From positions 1,504,001-1,568,000 of the forward strand of contig CAXXJJ010000004.1 in assembly GCA_963667015.2 (NCBI GenBank): DNA of 64,000 bases. The letters are read 5' to 3'. This document shows, in pieces, positions 51,599-62,415 of this stretch. Within the stretch, counting starts at the first letter, position 1. Every line of letters starts with the position of its first letter. Made by a program: the position numbers and the translations under genes. The stretch is from Desulfatiglandales bacterium (GTDB taxonomy: Bacteria; Desulfobacterota; DSM-4660; Desulfatiglandales; HGW-15). Under the pieces are notes generated by a model. It saw only the letters and a list, made by a program, of their open reading frames with translations. It made no database searches and was not told the DNA's origin.

Positions 51599-52715
51599 TT
51601 AACCCGGCAACAAAATACTTAACAAATGGATCGTATTTTGTTATAACACGATCATGGAAAAAATAGACGCAAGGAAACTCAGCACTGATGCCCAACAACA
51701 AATTCGTAATCAAGTCATTCGACTCCGAAAACAGGGACGAACGCATAATGAGATCAGTGCCATTACAGGAGTGAGCCGATCCATTTGCAGTACATGGTGG
51801 GCTCTTTATCAAAAAGAAGGTAATAAAGCCCTTAAAATTAAAAAGCGTGGCCGTCCAAAGGGCAGTTGCCGCACGTTGACACCTGATCAGGAAAAAGAAT
51901 TGCAAAAAGCTATACAAGACAAATGCCCTGACCAAATGAAATTACCATTTGCTTTGTGGACACGCATTGCCGTACAGCAACTCATCAAACAATTGTGGAA
52001 TATAGATATGCCGATCAGAACTGTTGGCGAGTATCTGAACAGATGGAATTTTACTCCACAAAAACCACTGAAGAAAGCCTATAAACAAAATCCAAAAGCA
52101 GTCAAAGCTTGGTTGGAGACAGAATACTCGGATATTTCCAAACGTGCAAAAAAAGAGACCGCGGAAATTCATTGGGGGGATGAGACTGGATTGTGTAACG
52201 ACAGTTACCATGGAAGAAGTTACGCTCCTCGTGGTGAAACACCGGCGATTAGGCTTCATCCCAGGTGCCAGCGCGTCAACCTGATTTCCTCTGTCACCAA
52301 TCAAGGTAAAGTTCGTTTTATGGTTTATAAAAACAAGATGAATTCCCAAACGATGATCAAATTCATGGAACGATTGATCAAAGATGCTGATAAAAAAATC
52401 TTTTTGATTGTAGATAATTTGAAAGTCCATCATAGCTATATTGTCAAAGACTGGCTGAAAGAACATGAAGACAAAATTGAGTTGTTCTTTCTTCCATCAT
52501 ATTCACCGGAATTAAATCCTGATGAATACCTAAACTGCGACCTAAAGGTCGGTGTACATTCTGGTATTCCAGCCAGAACAAAAAAAGAACTCAAGCAAAA
52601 AGCTATTTCTCATTTGAGAAAGCTTCAAAAACTACCTGGACGTGTTAAAAAATATTTTAAACACCCTAAGATTGCTTATGCTGCTTGATAGTCTCCTATT
52701 TAATTGCCGGGTTAA
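51599..52715 (+). mobile_element. IS630-family insertion sequence, 1117 bp
   Basis: TIRs TTAACCCGGCAA / TTGCCGGGTTAA; TA duplication at 51597-51598 and 52716-52717. Confidence 0.95.
51654..52688 (+). CDS. IS630 family DDE transposase
   Basis: WGDETG, IVDNLKVH, LPSYSPELNPDE. Confidence 0.95.
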   Translation: MEKIDARKLSTDAQQQIRNQVIRLRKQGRTHNEISAITGVSRSICSTWWALYQKEGNKALKIKKRGRPKGSCRTLTPDQEKELQKAIQDKCPDQMKLPFALWTRIAVQQLIKQLWNIDMPIRTVGEYLNRWNFTPQKPLKKAYKQNPKAVKAWLETEYSDISKRAKKETAEIHWGDETGLCNDSYHGRSYAPRGETPAIRLHPRCQRVNLISSVTNQGKVRFMVYKNKMNSQTMIKFMERLIKDADKKIFLIVDNLKVHHSYIVKDWLKEHEDKIELFFLPSYSPELNPDEYLNCDLKVGVHSGIPARTKKELKQKAISHLRKLQKLPGRVKKYFKHPKIAYAA

Positions 52716-54864
52716 TATGTAGACGACATCTACCAGGAGACTCTCGTGGGTTCGACTCTTGACCTTCTCGACCTGGAACGTGTTGAAGTACTGCGTGGTC
52801 CACAGGGAACCCTATTTGGTAAAAACAGCCTTGGAGGTGCTATCAGATTGATTTCCAAACTCCCACAGGGGGATAATACCGGTCATTTTCAGATGACCGG
52901 AGGTGATTTTGACCGTCTTGATTTTTCAGGGGCCTATGACTTCTCACTTATTGAAGATATACTTTTTATGCGTATCTCAGGAAGTTCAAAAAGTGTTGAT
53001 GGATACATGGACCGCCTTGATTATACCTGCCAGATGATCGCCAATGGGACTCCTGAGCTGGCAGGTTCCTTCCCTTCAACTCTGATAAGCGACAAAATCA
53101 CAAATGGCAATTGTAAGATTGGTGAAAAAGGGGGATCACAGAGCGATGCCGCAAAAGTCATGTTCCGCTATATTCCCTCTGACAGGCTTGAAATCAATGT
53201 AGGTGCAGATTACACCCAGGTAACAGCGGATGTAGGAGCTGAAACAATGCTTAGAGGATTTAATCCTGAGGATATGTTCGATCAGCATGTTCAGAATAAC
53301 TATATTGATCCAACCTGGAACATAAATGAAGGTGATGCATTGACCATTCTCGGTGACCCGTTTGTCACGGGTGATCCCTATACTGTTTATGAAAGTTTTG
53401 AAGACCCTATAAACGGTATAAGATGGCCCGATAAAAACACAGAAGAATACAAAAACGCCTTTACAAGAGTGGATTATGACATTACTGAGGAAATTCACCT
53501 AAGGGGGATCTTCGGCTACAGGCAATATGAGCAGATATTTGTTGCCGCAAATAACACTCCCTTTTCTTTTAATGGATATTTGATTAATATGGAGCATGAA
53601 CAAACCAGTTATGAGGTCCGCCTGAACGGTTCGGCTTTAAATAACCTGCTGGACTGGACAACCGGTATCTACTACTTTGAATCCGATCACCATTTTGGAG
53701 GTTATATCGGCCTGGGAACTTTTGGCATCTGGGCTGAAGACCTGGGAATCAATCCGGCCGGGTTTTCCAATAACGATTCCTTTACTACAGAAAGTAAATC
53801 AGCATTTATCCATGGCATATTTCATATTACCGAAAAACTATCTTTAACTGCCGGAGGCAGATTTACTGATGAAGACAAGACCTTTACCTTTGACCATACA
53901 GACTTCCTGCAGCTCTCGCAACCACTGGCCTATGGTAAATCCCATTATGACTGGAAATTCGGCCTTGATTATCAATTCACCGAAGACATAATGGCTTATT
54001 TTTCTGCGTCTACGGGCTTTCGTTCCGAGGGTGCGAACCCGAGGCCCTACACTCAGGCCCAGCTTCAGGAAATAACAGGTGAAGAAATTCTTGCCTATGA
54101 AGTGGGTGCTAAAACCGACTTTTTCGATAATCGATTAAGAATAAATGCAGCGGCATTCCTTAATGATTATGACCCTCGTCAATTCATGGCATTCGGAGCC
54201 CAATGTACCGCTGTAGATGATTTTGGCACACCTGTATATGCTATTCCCTACGGCACCCTGTGTCCTGAAGGAACAGCTTACGCAGGTACTACTGGAAGCA
54301 CATACGCAATGGTTTATTTAAGCGCGCCCGGAACATCAAAAGGTCTTGAATTTGATGTAACCGCCAGGCCACTTAAAAATTTGGATCTTAATGCATCCTT
54401 TGGATATTATGACTTTGATACTGATGTGAGCCCGGATCATCCGGGGTATGTTCACCCTGATTATAAAGATCAGGCTGAGTACAATTTTAACATAGGCGCA
54501 CAATACAGGATCAATTTCACTAACGGGTCAATGCTCATACCGCGCATAGATATGTTCTATCAGGGAGGGCGTAATAATAACAGTGTAGGATCCAAACCAA
54601 TAGCTCCATATCATGTTGTCCCCGATTACACAGTATACAATGCCAAGTTGACATACATGTCTACTGATGCAAGATGGTCATTCTCACTGGAAGTGCAAAA
54701 CCTGTTTGATAAATTTTACTGGATAACGCTTGAATCTGACAGGGCTGACAATGGAATAACTCCTACTTATACCAGAACGGGTGTACCGAGTCCTCCGCGT
54801 ATGCTCGCATTGACTTTCAGGTATAATATATTCTAAATCCGGTAGATAGCAAATAATACCCCAC

Positions 54865-54896
54865 ACGCACACAGGCAAACACCTGTGTGCGTTTTT
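54865..54896 (+). terminator. Rho-independent terminator
   Basis: ACGCACACAGG-CAAACA-CCTGTGTGCGT-TTTT. Confidence 0.8.
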
Positions 54897-54987
54897 ATCC
54901 TTCGCAATATCCCTTAAATATTAAATTTTGAGTGCAATGCCAGGTCACAACTGAGTGAAGGAATATTTTTTTTGTAGCACCTTTCAT

Positions 54988-55474
54988 TTTTATTTCTTGA
55001 CTTTAATTTTCGTAAGAAATATTTATTTAACTATACATTAAGGTATACTATTCTAAATAAAAGCCTTTAAGAAATATTTGATTCACAGATTTAAAATTTG
55101 ACTATCGTTTACGGATTACTTTCTAAGTGTAGCAGCAAGTTATTTTAAAATTTACTATACTAATTTTTCCGGGTCTTCATTTTTTACTTGGTGAAACTTT
55201 GAACAGGCTCCTCACATGCGAAAATTTAAATATCGTCCTCTATTTATACCTGAAACCTCCCGCTCCTGTTATTGGCGCCCGCTTTGTTTATAAACTTTTT
55301 TATGTTCCATTTTTTACAGGCATTACAAATATTTATTTTTTCAACGCAATAATATTAAGTAATTAATAAAGCAGCATAATTGTTTTCTATCTAGTTAAAA
55401 TAATGGGGTTCAGCTGTCTCTTATTGAGACAGTTGAGGATTTTAGGTTTTTAACTTTAAGAATGGGGAGGAATC
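54988..55474 (+). promoter_or_regulatory. Promoter + ~480-nt leader, homologous to 50721-51209
   Basis: Same conserved blocks and spacing as the first copy. Confidence 0.6.
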
Positions 55475-58400
55475 ATGAAAATGCTAAAGCGGATTACTTT
55501 ATTTAAAAACGTTTTAAAATTCATGCTGGTTATCAGTGTAGCGCTGGCAGGCGGGATGGCAACCGCGCAGGAAGAGAACGATTCGGGTGAAGAAGAATTC
55601 ACACTGGAGGAAATTGTAGTCACCGGTTCACGCATTCCTCGTCGTGATTACAAGTCATCCAGCCCAATCGTCACAATCAAAGCTGATACATTCGAAGATA
55701 GATCCAATATTGGTATAGAAACGGCGCTGAACCAGTTGCCGCAATTCACTCCGGCGGGTACTCAGCTAATAGGCAGTTCCGCCTCCTCGCCGCTTCCTTC
55801 AGCGACGGCTTCACCCGGCGCCGCAACAGTAGACCTGAGAGGTTTGGGAACGAATAGAACACTGGTTCTGGTTGATGGTAAACGTGTCCAGCCTATAAAC
55901 GCTGCGCTGGTGGTAGACCTCAATACAATTCCCTCCGCCGCCATCGAATCAGTTGAAGTCATTACCGGTGGCGCCGCAGCCGTTTATGGCGCTGATGCTA
56001 TTGCCGGTGTTGTGAACCTGATACTGAAGAAAGATTTCAAAGGCGCGACATTCGATGTTCAATATGGAATTACCGAAGAAGGCGACGGCAAAGAATTACA
56101 ACTCAGCGGTCTATTGGGTGCCGATATCGCCGATGGTCGCGGCAATGTCATGATGGGTTTTAACTATGCAGATAGAGGCACTATCAAATCTAAAGATCGC
56201 GAATATATCAGGGCCGGCTGGAACGACCCCAATACCGTTAGCAGCGGTAATCAAGCTATGGGCGAATCCCCGCTGGTCGCCTTTAATCCGGGTTCCGCTC
56301 ATGTGCCAACTGCATGGAGTGCTGCACTATACCGGGTCAATCAAGACGGCACTGTATTTGACGAAGAGAATCCGTTAGATTCAGCCCACCCTTATACTGG
56401 TCCATTATGGGGTGACTCCGGTTATAAAATTACTCCGGAGGGTAACCTTACCTATTTAAATAGAGATTTAAGCTATCTGCAATTACCCCTGGAGCGATAC
56501 TCAATGTTTGGATCCGGAAGTTTTAATCTGACTGACAAGACCGAATTTTATATGGATCTGCGCTATTCGGAGAACAAGGCCCTGGCGATCGCTAACCAGC
56601 AGCAGTTTTTTAACATCTGGGGCATACAAGTGCCCTATAACCAGGCGTATGACGATCCCGATTCACCGACATTCGGTCAAGGACCTGATGGTTTTGCCCA
56701 TCATCCGGTGCCTGCCGAGTTGGCCGATCTGTTAAATTCGCGTACCCCGGTAAATCCCGCTCCGCCGTTTGATGTTATTGATCCGTTGACTGCACCCTGG
56801 ACTCTGGAACAAAACATGCGTTACTTACCGCCTTATGAGACACTTACAACAGGTAACGTATTTCAGCTCAGCGGTGGTCTTCGTGGAGAGTTTGGATCCG
56901 GGTACACCGAAGACTGGACCTGGGACGTGTATTATTCTCACGGCAAGTCAACGATCAACGTTCAGCAGCACGAAGGGTTTACACAATTAAAAAGGTCCCA
57001 GCAGATATATGAAGCTGACCAGTATGGCAAGAACTTTTCGGACGGGTATGCAACATCCGTTATCGCTACCTGCGAAAGTGGAATTCCGGTATTTAACGAA
57101 GATGGCAGTGTCAACACTTCGTCCTACGTCACTCAGGATTGCGCCGATTATATGACCCTTCGCATGAACCACGTCACTTCTCTGGAACAAAATGTTTTTG
57201 AAGCCAACATGCAGGGCAGCCTTTTTGAATTGCCCTGGTCCGGAAAGATTCAGTTTGCGGCGGGTGTCGCTTATCGCGAAGAAAATTTCCGATTTAATCC
57301 TGACACCGGTTTTAACGCCAACCAGGAATTCCCCGAGGTCGTTGGTAACATTGCGTTACCGGTGCCTGTAGACGGAAGCACCGATGTAAAAGAGGTTTAT
57401 GGGGAACTTTTAATCCCGGTGCTTAAAGACCTGCCTTTTATAGAAAGCTTTACCCTGGAACCGGGCTATCGAATATCGGATTACGGCGACGCTCCAAAAG
57501 AAGATACCTATAAGGTAATGGCGGATTGGAAAGTCGTTGACTGGGTTCGTTTCCGCGGGGGCCTGCAGTATGCAAACCGTGCTCCAAATATCGCCGAGCT
57601 TTTTATGCCTGTAGGAGCCAGTACCATTACAGTCGGCACGGATGCCTGTGGTACCTGGTCAGGTGTAGCGGAATGGGGTAATAAACCTGAAAACCCAAAC
57701 CGCCTTAATGTACAGACGCTTTGTCAACACCTGATGGTCCGCGATGGCGCTCCTGAAAACTTTGAACTGTACGTGCCCGGTGCAAGTGCAAATGACTGGG
57801 CCTATAATGTCTTTGGCCAATCGTTTAGCTTCCCCTTTGTCTTAGGAGTAACAGGGGGTAATCCGGACCTGGATTCTGAGACTGCCGACACACTGACCCT
57901 GGGTATGGTTATGGACTCGCCTTTTTCAGCGCCGGCTCTGAAAAATTTACGGCTTTCTGTTGACTATTACAACATCGAAGTTGAGGGTGCTATTGGTTCC
58001 CCCGGCCATAATATGGTATATCAGCAGTGTCTGGATGCCCAGTACAATCCCTTAATAGGCTCAGCCCCAGGAACCTACACCGGCGCAGAACTGGCAGCCG
58101 GCAGCCCATATTGCGACCTCATTAACCGTGAGTACATAGGCGATGGGATGAATGATTTCGGCGCCGACCGAAAGTATCTGGCAACCTATGTTAACCAGGG
58201 GGCTCTCACCTCAGTGGGCTATGACATTCAGCTCGATTGGGGTGCCTTTTTCTCTGACATGGGACTTGATTCGATTCCAGGGCGCCTGGGTGTGAATATA
58301 CTGTTGAGTATTCTTGATGAATATTCGGTAATGCCATATCCGGGAGCACAAACTGTTGACTACACGGGAACCGTAAACAATTCATCCTTTGATTACCGGA

Positions 58401-58711
58401 TGTTTACCACCCTTAACTACGGCCATGGTGCATTCTCCGGTGGTTTACGCTGGAGGCATTTGCCAGCGCTGGATCCATCCCCCGGCAGTGCCGCCGATAT
58501 AAAAGGTGTAGCCTCTTATGATCAATTTGATTTATTTGCCCGCTATGTTCTTGGTGATAACATAGAATTGCGCGGTGGCATCGATAACCTGTTTTACGCA
58601 AAACCGAAGCCTAGTGGCGCAAGTGATACTGACGCCAATCTTGGCACTTATATCAGCAGCCACGATATTATCGGTCGAAGATTCTACCTGGCAGCAAAAG
58701 TATGGTTTTAA
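55475..58711 (+). CDS. TonB-dependent receptor
   Basis: LEEIVVTGSRI, LRGLGTNRTLVLVDG, AVYGADAIAGVVN, GNPDLDSETA, ends KVWF. Confidence 0.95.
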   Translation: MKMLKRITLFKNVLKFMLVISVALAGGMATAQEENDSGEEEFTLEEIVVTGSRIPRRDYKSSSPIVTIKADTFEDRSNIGIETALNQLPQFTPAGTQLIGSSASSPLPSATASPGAATVDLRGLGTNRTLVLVDGKRVQPINAALVVDLNTIPSAAIESVEVITGGAAAVYGADAIAGVVNLILKKDFKGATFDVQYGITEEGDGKELQLSGLLGADIADGRGNVMMGFNYADRGTIKSKDREYIRAGWNDPNTVSSGNQAMGESPLVAFNPGSAHVPTAWSAALYRVNQDGTVFDEENPLDSAHPYTGPLWGDSGYKITPEGNLTYLNRDLSYLQLPLERYSMFGSGSFNLTDKTEFYMDLRYSENKALAIANQQQFFNIWGIQVPYNQAYDDPDSPTFGQGPDGFAHHPVPAELADLLNSRTPVNPAPPFDVIDPLTAPWTLEQNMRYLPPYETLTTGNVFQLSGGLRGEFGSGYTEDWTWDVYYSHGKSTINVQQHEGFTQLKRSQQIYEADQYGKNFSDGYATSVIATCESGIPVFNEDGSVNTSSYVTQDCADYMTLRMNHVTSLEQNVFEANMQGSLFELPWSGKIQFAAGVAYREENFRFNPDTGFNANQEFPEVVGNIALPVPVDGSTDVKEVYGELLIPVLKDLPFIESFTLEPGYRISDYGDAPKEDTYKVMADWKVVDWVRFRGGLQYANRAPNIAELFMPVGASTITVGTDACGTWSGVAEWGNKPENPNRLNVQTLCQHLMVRDGAPENFELYVPGASANDWAYNVFGQSFSFPFVLGVTGGNPDLDSETADTLTLGMVMDSPFSAPALKNLRLSVDYYNIEVEGAIGSPGHNMVYQQCLDAQYNPLIGSAPGTYTGAELAAGSPYCDLINREYIGDGMNDFGADRKYLATYVNQGALTSVGYDIQLDWGAFFSDMGLDSIPGRLGVNILLSILDEYSVMPYPGAQTVDYTGTVNNSSFDYRMFTTLNYGHGAFSGGLRWRHLPALDPSPGSAADIKGVASYDQFDLFARYVLGDNIELRGGIDNLFYAKPKPSGASDTDANLGTYISSHDIIGRRFYLAAKVWF

Positions 58712-58739
58712 GTGCTGAATTAAATTAGCTCTTTACTTT

Positions 58740-58775
58740 AAAAGCCCGCCAACAATTTTGTTGACGGGCTTTTTT
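58740..58775 (+). terminator. Rho-independent terminator
   Basis: AAAAGCCCG.CAACAA-T-TTTGTTG.CGGGCTTTTTT. Confidence 0.85.
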
Positions 58776-58901
58776 CTTTTACTTTATTACTGTCTGATCT
58801 CCCAAAAGGCCTCTACCCTTCATTGAAACAGCGATATATAATGTACATTCGTGAAACTTTAGTTTATAAACAGGAAAAGGTAAAAAGTTAAGAGAGATAT
58901 A

Positions 58902-59381
58902 ATGCTGAATATTTTCATTGATGCCGATGCCTGCCCAGTTAAAAAGGAAATTTACCAGGTGGCTGGCAGATTTAAACTAAAAACAACGGTGGTTTCAAAT
59001 ACCTTTATCCGTGTTCCGGACAATCCCTTGATCATGACCGTCATCGTTGAAGACCACCCTGATGCTGCAGATGACTGGATTGTTGAAAATACTTTACATG
59101 ATGACATTGTTGTAACTGCAGACATTCCACTTGCAAGCCGCAGCCTGAAAAAAGGGGCAAGTGCAATAAACCCCGCAGGTAAATTGTTTACAGAAGACAA
59201 TATAGGCCAGATAGTGGCTACCAGGAACCTGATGGCTGATCTCAGGGATATTGGGGAAATCACCGGAGGTCCTCCGCCTTTTACAAAAAAGGATCGATCC
59301 AATTTTTTACAGAAACTTGATGAATTAATACATGCTATACTCAGAAAACACCCTGATTTTTCTGTTCATTCATTGACTTAA
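58902..59381 (+). CDS. yaiI: YaiI/YqxD family protein (UPF0178)
   Basis: IFIDADACPVK, DAADDWI, VVTADIPLA, GGPPPF. Confidence 0.92.
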   Translation: MLNIFIDADACPVKKEIYQVAGRFKLKTTVVSNTFIRVPDNPLIMTVIVEDHPDAADDWIVENTLHDDIVVTADIPLASRSLKKGASAINPAGKLFTEDNIGQIVATRNLMADLRDIGEITGGPPPFTKKDRSNFLQKLDELIHAILRKHPDFSVHSLT

Positions 59382-59402
59382 ATTTAAAAAGGAGGAAACT
59401 CT

Positions 59403-60173
59403 ATGGGCTCTCAAATTACGCGTCGTAAAATGCTACAGATTGGTGGCACAGCTCTTGGGGGGGCTATCCTGTATAATGTAAACTCTACAGCAGAAACAAA
59501 GGCCCCGGGCGATTTTCCGTTGACATGGAATCCGATCAAACCGGAATCTATCCAGGAAAGGGCCTACCAGTCGGCATGGGCCAAAATAGGCTGCATGTAC
59601 GGTGTAGTCGAATCAGTCATCGGCACACTGGCAGATACATATGGCGCCCCCTATAATACCTTTCCTGTTGCTGCGACCATCTATGGCAGCGGTGGAATAG
59701 GCGGAATAGGCTCTGTCTGCGGAACGGTCAACGCCGGGGGACTCATCTTTGGCCTGTTTGTTGAAAAACAGGAAGACCTTTTTGCACTCTGCAACGAATT
59801 GTCCCTGTGGTATGAAAAGGCCTCTATGCCCCTATACAAACCCCAAAAACCAGTTCAGGATATTCCGATTGTTGCATCAATATCAGGTTCAAATCTTTGT
59901 CATGTTTCGTGCTCCAGATGGTCAAGGGCCTCAGGCCATAAACTGATGACAATGGCTCACTTTGAGCGATGCAACCGGCTGGTGGCTGACATGGCAATGA
60001 AGATAGTAACCATGCTTAATCAATATACGGGCAGGGAAATTATATTTACAGAAAAACTGAATAAATTTTCCGAAGGATGCATGACCTGCCATGGCCCGGA
60101 AAAGGAAAAGGCAGATGTCTCTGCGAATATGTCATGTAATACCTGCCATGAAGACCCCCATAAAGGGAAATAA
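59403..60173 (+). CDS. Tat-exported C-GCAxxG-C-C family / split-Soret cytochrome c-like protein with two CxxCH
   Basis: TRRKML; GCMYGV, YGSGG...SVCGTVN, LCHVS, ERCNRL; CMTCH, CNTCH. Confidence 0.85.
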   Translation: MGSQITRRKMLQIGGTALGGAILYNVNSTAETKAPGDFPLTWNPIKPESIQERAYQSAWAKIGCMYGVVESVIGTLADTYGAPYNTFPVAATIYGSGGIGGIGSVCGTVNAGGLIFGLFVEKQEDLFALCNELSLWYEKASMPLYKPQKPVQDIPIVASISGSNLCHVSCSRWSRASGHKLMTMAHFERCNRLVADMAMKIVTMLNQYTGREIIFTEKLNKFSEGCMTCHGPEKEKADVSANMSCNTCHEDPHKGK

Positions 60174-60197
60174 CAAATCATTTAAAAGGAGAGGGAT

Positions 60198-61235
60198 ATG
60201 ATATCTAGATTTCTAAGACGATCCATATACATCTTTATGCCTGTTATCGCCTTGTTATTATCGGTGTGTTCGATGGCTGAGGCAGCAGCAACAGCAGAAC
60301 CTGAATGGAATCCTTCTACAATCAGGGAGTGTGACCGGACCTGTCTTGTAGAAATCATGGATGATTATGTGAATGCCATGTTAAATCAGGCACCTGACTC
60401 GCTCCCGCCTCTTTCAATAGACGTCCGAATGACAGAAAACACCGGCGCCATGGATGTGGGCGAGGGGGTTCTCTGGCGTTCAAAGACAGAACCCACCGAC
60501 TTTAAAATCTATGTTGCAGACCCGGTTTCCGGACAGGTAGCGGTCCAGGCACGTTTTAAAATCGGCGGCCGTAATGCCCTGGTCGCAATTCGTTTAAAGG
60601 TAGACCGGGGAAAGATCCAGGAAATAGAGCAGCTTTATGACCGCGAGATTGATGATGCTGCTATTCCGCTTTTAACTACCCCGGTATCATTTTTAACTGA
60701 AGATGTTCCGGTGGAAAAGAGGGTTTCCAGGGATATTCTCTATCGCGCTGCAAACTCTTATTTTGATGCACTGGAAGGCGACAATGGAAAAATCGGCGCA
60801 TTTGCAGATGAATGCGTGCGCCATGAGAACGGTTACCAGACAGTAAACAACCCTCCCCCAGGAGGCCGCATGATGCCTGCCCCCTTTCTCCCGACGGCTG
60901 ATACTGAACAGGGTCGTGAAATGCTCAGGTTCAGCATGCTGACCTGTGAGGAGCAGATCAATACAAAAACATTTGCCCACATGAAACGTATTCGACCACG
61001 CCGGGCGCTGATTATTGATGAGCAGAAACAGACAGTAGGAACCTTTCCACTGTTTGTACACGATGGAACAAGCCGTACCGCAAAGCCGGGAGATCCTCCG
61101 GGAATGATGTTAAATCTAGTTACAATGGAGACATTCGGAATACGAAATGGTCTAATCTATCATGTTGAAGCTGCCCCTTTCGTAACACTCCCCTACGGAC
61201 TGGGTAATGGCTGGACCATTGGGTCCGGAAGATAG
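60198..61235 (+). CDS. Secreted hypothetical protein, paralog of 2196..3080
   Basis: ECDRTCL...VRMTENT...VGEGVLW...ANSYFDAL...CVRHENG. Confidence 0.8.
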   Translation: MISRFLRRSIYIFMPVIALLLSVCSMAEAAATAEPEWNPSTIRECDRTCLVEIMDDYVNAMLNQAPDSLPPLSIDVRMTENTGAMDVGEGVLWRSKTEPTDFKIYVADPVSGQVAVQARFKIGGRNALVAIRLKVDRGKIQEIEQLYDREIDDAAIPLLTTPVSFLTEDVPVEKRVSRDILYRAANSYFDALEGDNGKIGAFADECVRHENGYQTVNNPPPGGRMMPAPFLPTADTEQGREMLRFSMLTCEEQINTKTFAHMKRIRPRRALIIDEQKQTVGTFPLFVHDGTSRTAKPGDPPGMMLNLVTMETFGIRNGLIYHVEAAPFVTLPYGLGNGWTIGSGR

Positions 61236-61306
61236 GTTGTAAGTGTAGACAAACAGTTGGATGTAATATCAAATGCCACAGGTAAAATCATTGGAGATAA
61301 CATAAA

Positions 61307-62086
61307 ATGAACATCTCACTTGACGGATTACATGCCATTATAACCGGAGCGTCTTCCGGCCTTGGATTCGCCATGGCGCATGCGCTTCTTGAAAAGGGAG
61401 CAACCGTGGCGCTTTGTTCACGCCCTGGTGAAAAACTGGATACTGCAGTCAATTCATTGATACAAAAAGGGTTTAAGGCCTGTGCATTGCCAATAGATGT
61501 GCAAAAAGAAGAATCCGTCAAAGAAGCTGTTTCATGGGTAAAAAAAGAATGGAAAAAAATTGATCTTCTGGTCAATAATGCAGCGCAGATGATGCACCGG
61601 ATATACCCCGATTTTATGATTTCTCCAAAATCCTTTTACGAGATACCACCTGACATCTGGAGGGATATGATCGATACAAATCTTAACGGGTATTATCTTG
61701 TGACAAGAGGATTTGTTCCAATGATGATCAATCAGAATATGGGTCGGATTGTAAACATCTCAACAAGCCTTTCAACAATGAACATGTTTGCGCCCTATGG
61801 CCCCTCCAGGGCGGCATCAGAAGCCCTCTCCAACATCATGACTTCAGAACTTAAAAAATATAACATAATGGTAAACGTACTGCTTCCGGGTGGTGCAGTT
61901 GACACAGGCGGGTTACCTGAAGAAATAAGCCAAAAACTGCCATTCAAACTGTTATCTCCTGACATCATGGGCGCTCCGATTATATTCCTGGCATCGCATC
62001 TGGCAGAGGGAATAACTGGGGAGCGTATAATTGCAAAGGATTTTGATAAATGGCTGAAACAAAGACAGGCTAAGGCTGTCCGGTAA
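61307..62086 (+). CDS. SDR family NAD(P)-dependent oxidoreductase
   Basis: ITGASSGLG, LVNNA, GRIVNIST, YGPSR (K-to-R variant of YxxxK). Confidence 0.9.
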   Translation: MNISLDGLHAIITGASSGLGFAMAHALLEKGATVALCSRPGEKLDTAVNSLIQKGFKACALPIDVQKEESVKEAVSWVKKEWKKIDLLVNNAAQMMHRIYPDFMISPKSFYEIPPDIWRDMIDTNLNGYYLVTRGFVPMMINQNMGRIVNISTSLSTMNMFAPYGPSRAASEALSNIMTSELKKYNIMVNVLLPGGAVDTGGLPEEISQKLPFKLLSPDIMGAPIIFLASHLAEGITGERIIAKDFDKWLKQRQAKAVR

Positions 62087-62100
62087 AAGGAGGATAAAAT

Positions 62101-62394
62101 ATGATCGCTCAATTTTCAGTATATCCATTAGGAGAAGGTACGAGCGTCAGCAGGTTTGTAAAGAAAGGTGTCTCTGTAATAGAAAAATCCGGTTACACAT
62201 ATGAGATTGGAGGTATGGCGACTACTGTAGAGACACCCGGACTGGATGAACTGTTTGAGCTTATCAGACAGGTGCATTCTGCGCATATCGAGGAAGGCGC
62301 GCAAAGGATAATCATTGACTTAAAAGTGGATGACAGGCTGGATAAAACAGCTACAATTAAATCAAAAAGAGATTCTGTTACAGAAGTTAAATAA
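62101..62394 (+). CDS. MTH1187 / thiamine-binding family protein
   Basis: FSVYPLGEGTSVS, GMATTVE, LKVDDR. Confidence 0.9.
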   Translation: MIAQFSVYPLGEGTSVSRFVKKGVSVIEKSGYTYEIGGMATTVETPGLDELFELIRQVHSAHIEEGAQRIIIDLKVDDRLDKTATIKSKRDSVTEVK

Positions 62395-62415
62395 TTAAAA
62401 AAGGAGGAGCTTTTA

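Larger units (their letters stand above)
51210..54836 (+). pseudogene. TonB-dependent receptor interrupted by IS630
   Basis: LEEITVTAQ TonB box; removing the IS and one TA restores GVGVYVDDIY...ERVEVLRGPQGTLFGKN; ends RYNIF. Confidence 0.92.

Noticed and set aside
51270..52466. Minus-strand ORFs across the IS630
   Set aside because: Antisense shadows of the transposase and receptor
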